Assembly: GCA_030265395.1 (NCBI GenBank)
Contig: JARFYF010000063.1
Location: 86,478,924 to 86,542,923 of the forward strand
DNA: 64,000 bases
Direction of reading: 5' to 3'
Source of the DNA: Rhina ancylostomus
Taxonomy: Eukaryota
Under the pieces are notes generated by a model. It saw only the letters and a program-made list of their open reading frames with translations, had not been told where the DNA came from and searched no databases. A program made the position numbers and the translations under genes. This document shows, one piece after another, positions 62,990-64,000 of the stretch (position 1 is its first letter; the number at the start of each line of letters is the position of its first letter).

Positions 62990-63960
62990 GAAGGTCATTT
63001 GAAACTGTTGATAAATTGCATCTATGTGTCTACTTTCTCTGTAATCTCTTCAAAAATTAACTGAGGTTAGTCAAGCGAGACCTTCCCTTTTCAAATCCAT
63101 GCTGACTATTCATTATCATAAATTCATGTCTCTAGATTTCCATTTTCTTCCTTTGAATGGATTGCATTATTTTTCCTGTCACCAATGTTAAACTGACCCA
63201 AGTATATAATTCCTGGGATATGAATTATTTTCCTTCTCAAATGAGGATGCACTTGGCCCTCATTATCTATGAGGGATAGGGGCATGGACTTGCTGTGCAT
63301 GACAGAAAATGTGGATACCACTAAAGCCCTCTCTGATGTACCCAATACACCCCCACCTCCAAATAAATGTAAATGTATTGACACTTACAAGCAATCACCA
63401 GTTTTGAAATCACAAACTGCAGCTGTGTAAACAAAAACCACTCTCTAAGAGCAACAGCTGGGATGTTATACAACAGGGAGCCACTTGACTCAAGTGGTCT
63501 GAAAACTGATCATGCTTTTTTGACTGCTTATTATAGGCATCACAAAATGGGAAAGGTTTACATCTGTATATTCTTCTGCTCTTTTGAGGCCTGGGACTGG
63601 TCTCACAAGTTCATGAATCCACAGATAGGATTGATTGTATTGCATTAGCTATCCACTAGTCTTCCAGCACTTTTAATATATATAGCTTTGCCTCTGATTT
63701 CTCTTTCCTAGGTTATTTTAAAATGCATGGAAGCAATCCATCTGGTCTGGAGATGGGGTAGGGGATTAACTTCTTGGGATTTGATTAGTTTATTTAATAT
63801 ATACCCATTTTCCATTTTAAATGCAAATCTCTTTGCTCACCTCTTCATCTTATGCCATGTTCACTTGTCTTACAGGTGGTAAATACCAAAATAAAAAAAT
63901 AGTTTAACTTTTCTGCCATTTCCTTGTAATTCCATGTGGTATTGATCTCTCTCTCTTTTA
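62990..63960 (-). mobile_element. Degraded CR1 RT-region fragments
   Basis: aaatccatgctgact (SQHGF), aatgttaaactgacc, aatccatctggtctggaga (SPDQMD, decayed SPGPDG). Confidence 0.55.
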
Positions 63961-64000
63961 ATGGTCTTAGTCTTGTTACTTAATAATTTAGTTTAATAGT

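Noticed and set aside
1-64000. MACROD2 coding exons, or prokaryotic systems such as CRISPR, operons or defence islands
   Set aside because: No macrodomain peptide seen in the ORF track or by eye, though a very short exon could be missed; the sequence is clearly vertebrate, with no repeat-spacer array or dense ORFs.

Overview
Eukaryotic, AT-rich, repeat-laden vertebrate DNA from a gapped draft assembly. The repeat landscape (HE1/V-SINEs, DeuSINEs, CR1/L2 LINE remnants, Penelope-type ends) points to a cartilaginous fish, probably a ray; this is inference. The only protein-coding gene I can support is FLRT3 on the minus strand, with its whole CDS in one exon (18455..16293). Its apparent frameshifts come from two 100-N placeholder gaps whose flanks overlap by 3 and 1 nt; closing them gives an intact ORF of about 652 aa. 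Candidate non-coding 5' exons lie at 20931-21052 and from 31851 upward, with a CTCF-like promoter block, and most of the interval between them (~24.3-32.9 kb) has no repeats I recognise. In other vertebrates FLRT3 sits antisense inside a MACROD2 intron, so the whole window may be MACROD2 intron, although no MACROD2 exon is visible. The rest is decayed TEs: a Mag-type Ty3/Gypsy relic, Tigger-like MITEs, nested SINE/LINE insertions, and Penelope-derived fold-back elements, one keeping a decayed minimal hammerhead ribozyme. I found no convincing previously undescribed system. Repeat boundaries are approximate and family names come from motif recognition, not a database search.
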